Shown here piece by piece: positions 30,783-40,912 of a DNA stretch of 64,000 nt (position 1 is its first letter; each line of letters begins with the position of its first letter). Origin of the DNA: Nitrospirota bacterium. Its GTDB lineage: Bacteria > Nitrospirota > Thermodesulfovibrionia > Thermodesulfovibrionales > Dissulfurispiraceae. The notes below the pieces were generated by a model, which saw only the letters and a list, made by a program, of their open reading frames with translations, was not told the origin of the DNA and did not search any database. Made by a program: the position numbers and the translations under genes. The DNA lies in the NCBI GenBank assembly GCA_963710375.1, contig CAVPZX010000003.1, positions 1-64,000 of the forward strand. Reading direction: 5' to 3'.

Positions 30783-31090
30783 GCGTCGAGTTTGCTGAAG
30801 TCGGAAGCCTTTTCGAGTGTTTCCCTGATTTCAGGCTCGATTGATTCCAGTGATTTGATTGCGGCGAGGACCTCTTTATTGCTGTAAACGTTTTTTCCTT
30901 TGTTTCTCATTCCGTATACTTCCTCGCCTATCTGCATCAGCAGTTCATCTCGTTTTTTTTTCAACTCTTCGGATTGGTAAAGGAGTTTAAAAATAGTGAT
31001 CTCGATTCGCACCCTTTCTGAGAACAGCGTGGCAAACCATTTCACTTTTTTTAGACCGCTTTCAAAATCCTTTTTTACTTTGCCCAGCAT
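30779..31090 (-). CDS. Hypothetical coiled-coil protein
   Basis: GGAGG SD, 4-nt overlap with pilD start. Confidence 0.8.
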   Translation of the reverse strand: MLGKVKKDFESGLKKVKWFATLFSERVRIEITIFKLLYQSEELKKKRDELLMQIGEEVYGMRNKGKNVYSNKEVLAAIKSLESIEPEIRETLEKASDFSKLDA

Positions 31091-31142
31091 AACGCCTCCG
31101 CGGTAATGTCACTATACCCTTAGTGGCCGGACCTCCTGCTGC

Positions 31143-31376
31143 TTATTCGGCTTTAATCTTGTTGATTTCTTTCTTGAGTTTATCGAGCATATCAGCAATG
31201 GACATTGTATCCACCTTCATCCTATACATGGTTCGCTCCGCCTCTTCCATTTTTTCCAATCCGTCTTTTAACTCCTTCACGGACTTTTCTATTTCCTCAC
31301 TCCGGCATGTCACGCAAGTCCATGTGCTGCCTATCTCCTGCCAATCTGTCTCAGCACCGCATTCGCACTTTCCCAT
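31143..31376 (-). CDS. Small hypothetical protein (CxC...CxxC + coiled coil)
   Basis: MGKCECG...WTCVTC; AGGAGG SD. Confidence 0.75.
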   Translation of the reverse strand: MGKCECGAETDWQEIGSTWTCVTCRSEEIEKSVKELKDGLEKMEEAERTMYRMKVDTMSIADMLDKLKKEINKIKAE

Positions 31377-31460
31377 TATAGCTTCCTCCTATTAGTATTT
31401 TTAGACATAGCCATTTGCCACTAACAAGTTTACCAGATAGAGACCAAATAGTGAAATACC

Positions 31461-31640
31461 AAAACAGCGTGAATGGTGAATGGTGAATCGTTTAAAGACC
31501 GTGAAACGTGAAAAGTGAATCGTGAATCGTAAAAAACAAAAGTCAACGACAGCACATTTTTTGTTTTGTGTATTGCCATTAACTTTTCACTTTTCACCTT
31601 TCACCATTCACGGTTTTACGATTCACCATTCACGCTGTTT
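31461..31640. repeat. Inverted tandem heptamer element with conserved core
   Basis: AAAACAGCGTGAATGGTGAAT at both termini in inverted orientation; overlaps the recG stop. Confidence 0.9.
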
Positions 31641-33750
31641 TAAAGAGTTCCAGTTTTCTTCCCCAGAAGTCCTCGATAGAACGCCTGAGCTGCGGATAGT
31701 GTTGAAGCTCAGGATCTTCCTCGATAAGCCCGAAAGCGTCCTTTCGGGCCGCTTCCAGCAGTTTTGCATCCCTCACAATATCTGCAACCTTCAGATCAGG
31801 CAATCCTGACTGCTTGGTCCCAAAGAACTCGCCCGGCCCCCTTATGGCGAGGTCTTCCTCTGCTATTTTAAACCCGTCATTGGTCCCTACCATTACCGCA
31901 AGCCTTCTCCTGGCATCTTCAGCCGCCCCGTAGTGCAGGAGAATGCAGTGCGACTGGCTCTCGCCCCTTCCCACGCGTCCGCGAAGCTGGTGGAGCTGTG
32001 CAAGGCCGAACCGCTCGGCATGTATTATGACCATGAGTGACGCATTCGGCACATCTACGCCGACCTCGATAACCGTTGTTGATACTAGTATCTGCAGCGC
32101 GCCGTTTTTAAACTCCCGCATCACTTCCTCTCTCTCTGCAGGTTTCATTCTGCCGTGGATGAGTCCGACTTTGAACTGGGGAAACTTTACTCTCAACGCC
32201 TCCATGCCTGTTATGGCCGCCTTCAGATTAGTTTTATCCGATTCCTCGATAACAGGGTAAACAATATAAACCTGTTTCCCTTTTCTAACCTGTTCCTCTA
32301 TGAGTCGATAAATATATTCTTTCTGCTTCTCGGAAAGCTGCCGCGTAATGACAGGGCTCCGGTTCGGCGGGAGCTCGTCTATGATAGAGTAATCAAGGTC
32401 TCCGTAGAGGGTGAGGGCGAGCGTCCTGGGGATGGGTGTGGCGGTCATTATCAGAGTGTCGGGGTTTGTTCCTTTTTTCCTGAGTGTAGCCCGTTGCATC
32501 ACTCCGAAACGGTGCTGTTCATCTATGACGATAAGCCCCAGATTTTTGAATGAGACCCCTTCCTGTATCAGTGCATGTGTGCCGACCACAATATTGGCAT
32601 CGCCCGACGAGATGGTCTCAATGTTTTTATTCTTTTTGCTTCCGGTCAGCAGATGGATTTTCAATCCCAGGCTTTCGACAAGCGTATGGATATTCAGGTA
32701 ATGTTGTTCGGCGAGTATTTCGGTCGGCGCCATCAGTGCAGCCTGGTAGCCGGACTCGACAGCGGCGAGCATTGCCAGGAGTGCTACTATGGTCTTACCC
32801 GAGCCTACGTCACCCTGAATGAGACGGTTCATAGGGGCCGGTGATTTCATATCACGCAGTATATCAACCAACACACGCTCCTGCGCCCCGGTCAGAGTAA
32901 AAGGCAGTACACTGCGCAAACGGTCAGACAGTATTCCGTCCGGACTGAACGCAATGCCCTTTTCGAGTGCATCGCCCTTTTTTATGATTGTAAGGCCGGC
33001 CTGAAAAGTAAATAGTTCATCAAAAGAAAGACGCTGATGATAAGGGCTTGTTCCGCTGTTAAGCATATCCACAGAAACGGGGGGTTCCGGAAAATGAACG
33101 TTCGCCAGGCTTTCGCGCAGGCCGGGCAGACGGTGCCGGGTGATGATTTCCGGCGGAATGGTGTCCTGTACGGACTGGACAGCGCTATTTACTATCGCAT
33201 ACATGATGTTTCTCAGCTGCTTTTGTGAGAGTCCTTCTGTTAAGCGGTAAACAGGCACGATGCGGCCGGTATGTATTTGGTCAGTCAGTGAGTGGGCAGG
33301 GTCGTCATCACCATCATCGATGATTTCATATTCCGGGTTTGTCATCTCGAAACCCGAACCCCAATAATTCAGTTTAACTATGCCGTATAGGACAACTTCC
33401 TGACCAGGTTTGAAAAGTTTTTTCAGGTATACCTGGTTAAACCATTTTGCTTTCAAAGCACCGCTGCTGTCCGCAATTACCAGTTCGAACAACCGCAGAC
33501 GGGGCCTTCTAGGGTTCGGCGTTACTATTTCTGAGCTGACTACCTTTCCTGATATGGTCTTTGACCCGGCATCCAACTGATAGCGGGCAAGTTCTGCGAT
33601 CTTTATTAAGGTACTTCTGTCCTCGTACCGGTAAGGCAGGTGAAAGAGTGCGTCTCTTATGGTGTTAATTCCGAGGCGCGTAAGAAATCGGGCCCTTTGG
33701 GGCCCGACCCCTTTTACGTATTGGACAGGAGAGGCAAGATCACAACCCAT
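31630..33750 (-). CDS. recG: ATP-dependent DNA helicase RecG
   Basis: RLIQGDVGSGKT, IDEQHRFG, TATPIPRT, QLRGRVGRG, RGPGE. Confidence 0.98.
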   Translation of the reverse strand: MGCDLASPVQYVKGVGPQRARFLTRLGINTIRDALFHLPYRYEDRSTLIKIAELARYQLDAGSKTISGKVVSSEIVTPNPRRPRLRLFELVIADSSGALKAKWFNQVYLKKLFKPGQEVVLYGIVKLNYWGSGFEMTNPEYEIIDDGDDDPAHSLTDQIHTGRIVPVYRLTEGLSQKQLRNIMYAIVNSAVQSVQDTIPPEIITRHRLPGLRESLANVHFPEPPVSVDMLNSGTSPYHQRLSFDELFTFQAGLTIIKKGDALEKGIAFSPDGILSDRLRSVLPFTLTGAQERVLVDILRDMKSPAPMNRLIQGDVGSGKTIVALLAMLAAVESGYQAALMAPTEILAEQHYLNIHTLVESLGLKIHLLTGSKKNKNIETISSGDANIVVGTHALIQEGVSFKNLGLIVIDEQHRFGVMQRATLRKKGTNPDTLIMTATPIPRTLALTLYGDLDYSIIDELPPNRSPVITRQLSEKQKEYIYRLIEEQVRKGKQVYIVYPVIEESDKTNLKAAITGMEALRVKFPQFKVGLIHGRMKPAEREEVMREFKNGALQILVSTTVIEVGVDVPNASLMVIIHAERFGLAQLHQLRGRVGRGESQSHCILLHYGAAEDARRRLAVMVGTNDGFKIAEEDLAIRGPGEFFGTKQSGLPDLKVADIVRDAKLLEAARKDAFGLIEEDPELQHYPQLRRSIEDFWGRKLELFKTA

Positions 33751-34853
33751 TACTCTTTGCTTGCTTTGTCTCTAGCAGAGCTTTATCGAGGGATTTGTCC
33801 GTTTCTTCCAATTTTATTTTGGCATAGTCTGATTCACTTAATATCTCTATCTCCCATCCGGTCAGTTTTGTCGCAAGCTTTATATTTTGCCCGCGTTTTC
33901 CTATGGCCAGAGATAGTTGATGGTCATCAGCTATGACCATGGCAGTTTTTTCATCGTCATTGATGCCTACCCTGTCTACTGTTGCAGGAGTAAGCGCCCT
34001 TGCGATGAATATGCGCGGGTCCTCGCTCCATGGGATTATATCGATCCTCTCCCCCCTCAGTTCCCTCACAATCGACTGTACCCTGGTCCCTTTCATCCCA
34101 ACGCAGGCGCCGACCGCATCTATCGAGCCTGTCTTTCGAAAATACCGCTATTTTTGTCCTGTCTCCGGGTTCCCTGGCTATGCCCTTTATGACAACAACA
34201 CCGTCATTTATTTCAGGCACTTCCATTTTAAAAAGGCCCATGATAAAGTTGGGATCGGTCCTCGAAAGCATAATTGCGGGGCCTTTAGCCGTCTGGCGGA
34301 CTTCCGAGAGGTATGCCTTTACCATGTCTCCTCTCTTTAAAGTCTCGGTGGGCAGGGCCTCGCGCTGGAGCATTACTGCCTCTGTCTTGCCCAGACTAAT
34401 ATAGTAAACGTTTCTCTCTTTTCTCAGTACCGTGCCGCTGATGATTTGGCCGGACTTATCCTTGAATTCGTCGAAGATAATGTCCCGTTCTGCTTCCCTT
34501 ACTCTTTGAAACAGCACCTGCTTTGCTGTTTGGGCTGCTATCCTCCCGAAATCCTGGAGCTGGATAGGCAGTTCAATTTCGTCTCCGATTTTCACATCGG
34601 GAAATGTTTTTGAAGCATCGACCTCGCTTATTTCTTCATCCCTGTTGGTGATTGTGTCGGCTACTTTTTTTGTCTCGTATACCTGAATGTCGCAGGTTTT
34701 ATTATCTATTCTGAGGTTGATATTCGTCCTGCCGCCATATTTCTTTCTGGCAGCCGACAAGAGCGCAGCCTCAAGGACTTTGACGAGTGCCTCACGGGAG
34801 ATACCTTTCTCCCTGCTGATCTGATCTATTACAGAACATAGTTCTTTTGTCAT
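33740..34853 (-). CDS. nusA: Transcription factor NusA (apparent +1 frameshift near 34128)
   Basis: FGRIAAQTAKQ, AREPGDRTK in one frame and IDAVGACVGMKG, LAIGKRGQN in another; total length 3n+1. Confidence 0.93.
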
Positions 34854-34878
34854 GGCCTATCCCTCTGATTATATTTAT

Positions 34879-35376
34879 TTAAAAATCCTTTGGATTATTT
34901 TTTTTCATCTCTATTTCCAGCCGCGCCTTTGAGATATTACCGGATGGGATAAAAATGTCCTTTTCTCCGGTTTTAGCCTCAATTTTTATCCTTACCCAGC
35001 CTTCTCCGACATCGACGATTCTTCCTATGAAGAAAGTCTGTCCATCTATTTTTTCGGACGTAACGATCCTCGCCAGCCTGCCGATATTATTCTCAAAATC
35101 CCTTTGTGTTACCAGAGGCCTGTCAATACCGGGAGACGAAACTTCAAGCACATACGGTCCGTTTATCGGGTCCTCAACGTCGAGAAGCGCTTCAAGGCTC
35201 CTGCTCATCCTTTCACAATCCCCGATAGTCACTCCCCCGCTCTTGTCCACGACCACCCTCAGCAAAAGCCGCCTGCCGCTGCCCAGTAAGTGGGTGCTGA
35301 CAACCTCCAACCCTTCGCCTTCAGCAGCATTACAGGCGAGTTGGTGCACCTTTTGTTTTATCCCATTTGTTTCCAT
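34879..35376 (-). CDS. rimP: Ribosome maturation factor RimP
   Basis: GGVTIGDC, LDVEDPI, YVLEVSSPGIDRPL. Confidence 0.96.
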   Translation of the reverse strand: METNGIKQKVHQLACNAAEGEGLEVVSTHLLGSGRRLLLRVVVDKSGGVTIGDCERMSRSLEALLDVEDPINGPYVLEVSSPGIDRPLVTQRDFENNIGRLARIVTSEKIDGQTFFIGRIVDVGEGWVRIKIEAKTGEKDIFIPSGNISKARLEIEMKKNNPKDF

Positions 35377-35389
35377 AAGTCCCTAAAAC

Positions 35390-35415
35390 AAAAGAGTGGG
35401 GTTCCCCACTCTTTT
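35390..35415 (-). promoter_or_regulatory. rimP leader hairpin
   Basis: AAAAGAGTGGGG-TT-CCCCACTCTTTT just upstream of rimP; matches the conserved rimP-leader pattern. Confidence 0.7.
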
Positions 35416-35469
35416 AATGTAATTCATACAAATATATAGAAAATATAACAGTTTTTCGATGAAAAAAGC

Positions 35470-35506
35470 AACACCATGAGGGCTATTTAGCCCTCATGGT
35501 GTTTTT
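35470..35506. terminator. Intrinsic terminator downstream of the lipoprotein gene
   Basis: AACACCATGAGGGCTA-TT-TAGCCCTCATGGTGTT flanked by A/T runs. Confidence 0.75.
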
Positions 35507-35518
35507 GATATAGATAGA

Positions 35519-35731
35519 CTACTTATTAGGAGCTGGTGCTGGAGCCGGAGCTGGAGCAGGAGCCGGAGCTGGAGCCTCACCCGCCTTTTGCTCAGGAGCT
35601 GGTGCAGGAGCAGGAGCTGGTGCTGGAGCCGGTGCTGGCTCTTCAGCCTTCTTGCAGCTGACTGCAAAGGTAAATGCTACAACAAGCAATAAGGAAAGAA
35701 TTAAAGCTAAAACCTTTTTCAAATTTGTCAC
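35519..35731 (-). CDS. Small Pro-Ala-repeat lipoprotein
   Basis: Signal peptide with lipobox AVSC, then (PA)n tracts; GGAGG SD. Confidence 0.85.
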   Translation of the reverse strand: MTNLKKVLALILSLLLVVAFTFAVSCKKAEEPAPAPAPAPAPAPAPEQKAGEAPAPAPAPAPAPAPAPNK

Positions 35732-35902
35732 CTCCTTCCAAAATTCTTAACCACCATAAAATTAGGGGCATAATCTTAACATCATCATTAATAACATATA
35801 TGCACTTTCTTGTCAAGAATAAAAACGATTTTCTATATTTTTCATCAGTCCTTCAAAGAGCACTAAAAGTGGTCCGACGCCAAGAAATTCGTCCGCCGGC
35901 CA

Positions 35903-36673
35903 TTATTTCCGCCTTTCAAAAACATTGCCCGCTATCATGACAAAAACAATTGAGGAAGAGGCAATAACCGCAATATCGAGACCGAGCGGAAAATCGTGCG
36001 CCACAAGTGTGTTCATGGGGAAGACCATGTATTTCAGAGCGTCGATACCGTATGTCAAGGGATTAATTCTCGTAAATATGCCGAGCACGTGAGGGAGCAG
36101 TTTGACCGGATACATTGCCCCGGACAAAAAGAACATGGGCATGACAATGAAATTCATTATGACGCTGAAACTTTCAAAGCTTTCGTAAAAGCTGGCAATG
36201 AGAATGCCCAATGACGAGAGGCAGAACGCCAGCAGCATTGAAACACACAGAGCCAGTAAGACTTGTGAGAGGCCTAGTCTGAGGCCGAGCAGGGGGAAAA
36301 GCAGCACTATGAGAAGTGCCTGGATGGTAGAAACCGCGGTGCCGCTGAGCGCTTTTCCAACCACTATGGAGAACCTGGATACCGGAGCAGCCAGCATCTC
36401 TTTCATGAAGCCGAATTCCTTGTCCCAAATTATGGATATAGAGGAGAAAATGGAGCTGAAGAGGATGGTCATGCCGATAATACCGGGAAATATGAATTGC
36501 ATATAAGGGACGCCCATAGCCGGGGAAACGACCCTCGACATACCGCCGCCGACAAGAAAAAGCCATATTAACGGACGGGCAAGCGTTGAAACGAGCCTTC
36601 CGCGCTCCCTCACAAATTTTATGAGTTCCCTTGCCACAACGACATATACGGCGTTGAAGTCAGACCGTATCAT
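35903..36673 (-). CDS. ABC-2 type exporter permease
   Basis: FIFPGI, DKEFGFMKEMLAAPV, FFLSGAMYP, NPLTY. Confidence 0.93.
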   Translation of the reverse strand: MIRSDFNAVYVVVARELIKFVRERGRLVSTLARPLIWLFLVGGGMSRVVSPAMGVPYMQFIFPGIIGMTILFSSIFSSISIIWDKEFGFMKEMLAAPVSRFSIVVGKALSGTAVSTIQALLIVLLFPLLGLRLGLSQVLLALCVSMLLAFCLSSLGILIASFYESFESFSVIMNFIVMPMFFLSGAMYPVKLLPHVLGIFTRINPLTYGIDALKYMVFPMNTLVAHDFPLGLDIAVIASSSIVFVMIAGNVFERRK

Positions 36674-37672
36674 TTGTCAAACTTTCTCCTGTATGACCGT
36701 ATGGAGTCCTTGATTTCATTATTGCCTGAAACCGTTTCAGGCCGAATATCTTTACCGGTGAGTTTTAAAAAAACATCATTCAGCGCGGGCCTCTGGAGAC
36801 GGACAGAAATTACGCTGTCATTGAGCGCGCTGATCAGTTTTGGAATACATGCATCGCCGTTCCCAGAAACCGGAATGTAAACTTCCCCGTTAAGCTCTCC
36901 GCCCGCCTGGGCGGGGAGATGGAGCAGAGTTCGTATATCCTGAAGCGCACGTGCATTGTCATGTGTTTTCAGATAAATGACGTCCCCGCCGGCCATTTTT
37001 TTCAGCTCCTCGGGCGAGCCCTGGGCGATAATTTTACCATTATCGATAATAGCAATCCTGCCGCATATTTCAGCCTCTTCCATGTAGTGTGTAGTCATGA
37101 ATATGGTGACTCCCTGCTCTTCCGGCAGCTTTGATATGAATTCCCACAGATTTGTCCTGCTCTGGGGGTCCAGGCCTAGCGTCGGCTCATCAAGGAACAA
37201 TATTTTAGGCTGATGAACAATGCTCCGGGCAACTTCCAGCCGCCTCTTCATTCCCCCCGAGAACTTTTTAACCGGGTCGTCCTTCCTTCCGATCAGGCCC
37301 ACAAATCTCAGCGCGTCTTCTATCCTCTTTTTGCGCCCGCTTTTCGGCACACTGTATAGATACGAGTGAAAGAGCAGGTTCTCGTAAGCCGTGAGCCTCC
37401 TTGTCCAGAGTATTGTCCTGGAATACGATACCTATCTTTTTTCTCACTTCTGCGGAGTCTTTCACGCAGTCCTGTCCATCTATCATTGCGCTGCCGGAAC
37501 TTGGGTATAGGAGCGTGCATAGTATGCTTATAGTAGTGGTTTTCCCTGCACCGTTGGGACCCAGGAAGCCGAAGATAGACCCCTTTTCCACCTCAAAAGA
37601 TATCCCGTCAACAGCAGTTACTGCGCCGAATTTTTTGGTCAGGTCTTTGACTTCGATCATGGCTGTTTGCAT
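36670..37672 (-). CDS. ABC exporter ATPase, DrrA-like (apparent +1 frameshift near 37396)
   Basis: GPNGAGKTT in ORF 37268-37672; FSGGMKRR, LDEPT, TTHY in ORF 36670-37350; joins as LDKE-LTAYEN if one G is removed. Confidence 0.9.
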
Positions 37673-37820
37673 AAGTACTGTCTGTTCAACTCCTTATAGT
37701 GGCCGCAACTATTAAGTATAACCAATCCCACGGCATATTTCTATTTTTGCTTTCAACACGGGCGTCCGGATTTTCAGGGGCAGAATCCTGAGATGTTTTG
37801 AGAAGATTCATGTGGGGACT

Positions 37821-38067
37821 GCAATTCAGACAGTGCAATGAAGGACATGTCTCTTACGCTCAGGCGCTACGTCCTGACAGTTCTAACGGCTTGTTCGCTA
37901 CAGTCGCAAAACTCTTCCGCCACCCCACAAAGTCTTCGACTTTTTGGGGACCCCGGTTCTTCGGGCTCAGACATTGCGCCTGTTAGACGCTTACTTCGCC
38001 GAGAACTGTTACCAGGACTTCGCGATTCGCTTCAGAGACACATCCTTCATTGCACTGTCTGAATTGC
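37821..38067. mobile_element. MITE-like element family C (247 bp)
   Basis: 25-bp perfect IR GCAATTCAGACAGTGCAATGAAGGA / TCCTTCATTGCACTGTCTGAATTGC plus nested internal stems. Confidence 0.8.
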
Positions 38068-38114
38068 GGATGCGGGGATTCTTAGCTTGACGCGGCTATC
38101 ACCATTGATATAGG

Positions 38115-38132
38115 ATACAGACCGGTTGGTAT
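38115..38132. promoter_or_regulatory. Probable TetR operator overlapping promoter
   Basis: ATACAGACCGGTTGGTAT (14/18 palindromic) between TTGATA and the -10 region, upstream of the TetR gene. Confidence 0.6.
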
Positions 38133-38153
38133 ATTATTCATGCTAGAGGAATC

Positions 38154-38777
38154 GTGAAAAACAAGGGTTGTCAAACACGGCAGGTTATCATTGCGAAGGC
38201 CTTGGAGCTTTTTTCGGTCAAAGGATATTTCAATACTTCCATAAATGATATCCTTGAGGCGACTGGGTTGACCAAAGGGGGGCTTTACGGCCATTTTCAA
38301 AGCAAAGAAGCCCTTTGGGATGCTGCTTACGATGAGGCTGTAAAAATATGGAGGGAGATCATCTTCAGGGATATTAAGGAAACTATGAATCCACTCGAAA
38401 GGATAAGGCGCTTGATAAGAAACGATATGTGCAACTATCTTGGGAAAGAGGTTTTCCCGGGAGGGTGCTTTTTCCTGAATATGCTGGTTGAACTCGCCGG
38501 GCAGTCGGAGGAGATGAAAAAACGTATATTGCGGGGTTTTAAGGGGGTTGAACGACTCATAACATCCTGGCTCAAAGAGGCGGAACAGATGGGCATTGTG
38601 GTTCCGGGATTGGATCATGAGGAAATAAGCAACTTTATATTCATCACTTTAAATGGTGCGGCAGCACTTTACGCTGCGACCAGGGATCCTAAGGTCTGGA
38701 GGCGGACCGTCAACCAACTTAGTGTTTATCTCAAGAATTTTGAAACTCAGGAGGTATGCTCTGATGGAAAAGGTTAA
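38154..38777 (+). CDS. TetR/AcrR-family regulator
   Basis: ALELFSVKGYFNTSINDILEATGLTKGGLYGHFQSKEAL. Confidence 0.95.
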   Translation: MKNKGCQTRQVIIAKALELFSVKGYFNTSINDILEATGLTKGGLYGHFQSKEALWDAAYDEAVKIWREIIFRDIKETMNPLERIRRLIRNDMCNYLGKEVFPGGCFFLNMLVELAGQSEEMKKRILRGFKGVERLITSWLKEAEQMGIVVPGLDHEEISNFIFITLNGAAALYAATRDPKVWRRTVNQLSVYLKNFETQEVCSDGKG

Positions 38778-39540
38778 ATATGAGAAGAAGAACCGGATTG
38801 GCTATGTCACTCTAAACCGTCCGGATGTGCTCAACGCACTGGACGACGATCTAAATGATGCTCTATGGCAAGTTTGGTCTGAGTTCAGCGCCGACGATTC
38901 CATTGATGTCGCGATCCTAACAGGGTCTGGCAGATCGTTTTGCGCAGGGGCAGACCTTAAGACCTGGCTGCCAAAGTGGGAGCACGCAAATATGCTCGAC
39001 ATTCGAAAAAATGCGAAAAAAGGCATCGGCGGTGGTATCACAAGAGGACAGCACTGGATTAACAAACCAATCATAGCAGCAATAAATGGCCACGCAATTG
39101 GCGGTGGTTTTGAACTGGCACTGGCTTGCGATATTCGCATAGCCTCCGAGACTGCTCAATTCGGTTCGTTCGAGGTACGTTATGGATTGCATTCAGGAGA
39201 CGGAGGTATCGTACGCCTTGTCGCCATCGCCGGACTTGCCGTCGCTTTGGACTTGGCGCTAACTGGACGCGCAATAACAGCAACTGAGGCGTACCAGTTA
39301 GGGTTAGTAAATAAAGTTGTCCCTCAGGATGAACTAATCCCTACGGCTGAAGTTTACGCCAATATGATATTGGGGAACAGCCAACAGGCTGTCCGGTCAG
39401 CAAAAGAAACCATCCTTGAGATGGTGGGCCGCGCCCTGGACGATGCTTTGAAACTTGAGACAATCAATGCCTATTCGAGCTTGGGCGATTTTAATGAGGT
39501 AAGAGACAGACTGAAAACATTCTACAACAAAGACAAGTGA
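38764..39540 (+). CDS. Enoyl-CoA hydratase/isomerase
   Basis: TLNRPDVLNAL, FCAGADL, AAINGHAIGGGFELALACDIRIA. Confidence 0.95.
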   Translation: MEKVKYEKKNRIGYVTLNRPDVLNALDDDLNDALWQVWSEFSADDSIDVAILTGSGRSFCAGADLKTWLPKWEHANMLDIRKNAKKGIGGGITRGQHWINKPIIAAINGHAIGGGFELALACDIRIASETAQFGSFEVRYGLHSGDGGIVRLVAIAGLAVALDLALTGRAITATEAYQLGLVNKVVPQDELIPTAEVYANMILGNSQQAVRSAKETILEMVGRALDDALKLETINAYSSLGDFNEVRDRLKTFYNKDK

Positions 39541-39573
39541 CATTAGCAATATAAGAGATAGGAAACAAGCAAA

Positions 39574-39993
39574 ATGGAACGTAACATAGAAGTGACGGAG
39601 GAGGAGCTGAAACAAGCTCTATCAGAATCGGCATTTGCCAGAATTTACAATTTCAATCTTCAGTCGTTTGGGAGCGGTGAATGCACACTAATGATACCTT
39701 TTCAGGAGTACCTTGAGCGACTCGGAGGTATCGTTGCCGGTTCGATTTTCATGACAGCAGCAGACGTGACAATGTGGCTGGCGATAATGACGCTACTTGG
39801 AAGAGGAAGGGGCTCTATGACAGTGACTACTGATTTGAAGACGGCCTTTCTCCGCCCGGCAAAACAAGAAGATGTAAAATGCACGGCAAATATTCTCAAG
39901 ATGGGGAAGAGTCTGATTTATGGAGTCGCTGAATGCTGCAATATGGAAGGCAAAATTCTAACGCATCATACGATCACGTACATAAGAAAATGA
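39574..39993 (+). CDS. PaaI-family (hotdog) thioesterase
   Basis: GGIVAG..FMTAAD, TVTTDLKTAFLRPA. Confidence 0.88.
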   Translation: MERNIEVTEEELKQALSESAFARIYNFNLQSFGSGECTLMIPFQEYLERLGGIVAGSIFMTAADVTMWLAIMTLLGRGRGSMTVTTDLKTAFLRPAKQEDVKCTANILKMGKSLIYGVAECCNMEGKILTHHTITYIRK

Positions 39994-40075
39994 TGAGGGC
40001 ATCGGTATGGCTTGACATGTTAAGACATTAAACTGGACAACCGTCCCATTTAATGTTCCTGAATGATGACAATAA

Positions 40076-40143
40076 CCCAAACCAATCGCTTCATGGGATC
40101 GACGGGAAACTGCCTAGCCTCACCATGACCGCAGACATTGGCC
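40076..40143 (+). other. Degenerate attC-like site
   Basis: CCAAACCAATCGCT-TCATGG...CCATGA-CCGCAGAC-ATTGGCC: paired L boxes and outer R-like boxes. Confidence 0.4.
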
Positions 40144-40180
40144 ATAGATAATTAAACGATACTACTGATAAAATAACTGC

Positions 40181-40912
40181 ATGAATCAGCATGAAATCCT
40201 GCAACACCTGCCTGCTCTCAGTGCGAAAGCTGTTGCTCATTACTGGCAAACGCGGTCTATACAACGAAAGAAACAGGAACAGGCTGGAAAGGCTGATCAA
40301 GGGTTGAGAAGCGCTGTGACCGGCGGCGCACAGATGAATGGATTTATTGACTTGTTTACGGAGCTTATTACCCAGAGCGGCATACCTGAGCGATATGTAT
40401 TCCGAAAGAAGGCCATTCAACTTCCGGGTTTCTTTCGCCCCACTAAAGAATGGGACCTTCTCATTGTTAGGGAACGGACATTAATTGCTGCCATTGAAGC
40501 CAAATCCCACGTTGGCCCTTCCTTCGGCAACAACTTCAATAATCGGACAGAGGAAGCAATGGGAAGCGCCCTTGACCTGTGGACAGCCTATCGTGAGCGT
40601 GCATATCTTGACAGTCCTCAACCCTTTCTCGGATATTTTTTTATGCTTGAGGATTGTGAGGCATCAAATAGGCCAGTCAGCGTTAAGGAACCCCATTTCG
40701 AGGTATTCCCTGAATTTCATGGAGCTTCATATATGCGCCGCTATGAACTTTTTTGCCGGAAACTTGTTTTAGAGCGCCATTATTCTGCTTCCGCCTTTAT
40801 AACCTCATCCAGTAACGACGGTCTTAATGGGTTATTCAAAATGCCTGCAGATGATCTGTCAATTGAACGTTTTGCAAAGATTCTCGTCGCCCATGTGACG
40901 ACTTTTGTGTAA
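40181..40912 (+). CDS. Type II restriction endonuclease, PaeR7I/XhoI family
   Basis: DQGLRSAVTGGAQM, LPGFFRPTKEWDL, IEAKSHVGPSFGNNFNNRTEEAMG. Confidence 0.9.
   Translation: MNQHEILQHLPALSAKAVAHYWQTRSIQRKKQEQAGKADQGLRSAVTGGAQMNGFIDLFTELITQSGIPERYVFRKKAIQLPGFFRPTKEWDLLIVRERTLIAAIEAKSHVGPSFGNNFNNRTEEAMGSALDLWTAYRERAYLDSPQPFLGYFFMLEDCEASNRPVSVKEPHFEVFPEFHGASYMRRYELFCRKLVLERHYSASAFITSSSNDGLNGLFKMPADDLSIERFAKILVAHVTTFV

Noticed and set aside
37798..38062. Short ORFs within the 247-bp inverted-repeat element
   Set aside because: Lie in MITE-like DNA, no SD or motifs
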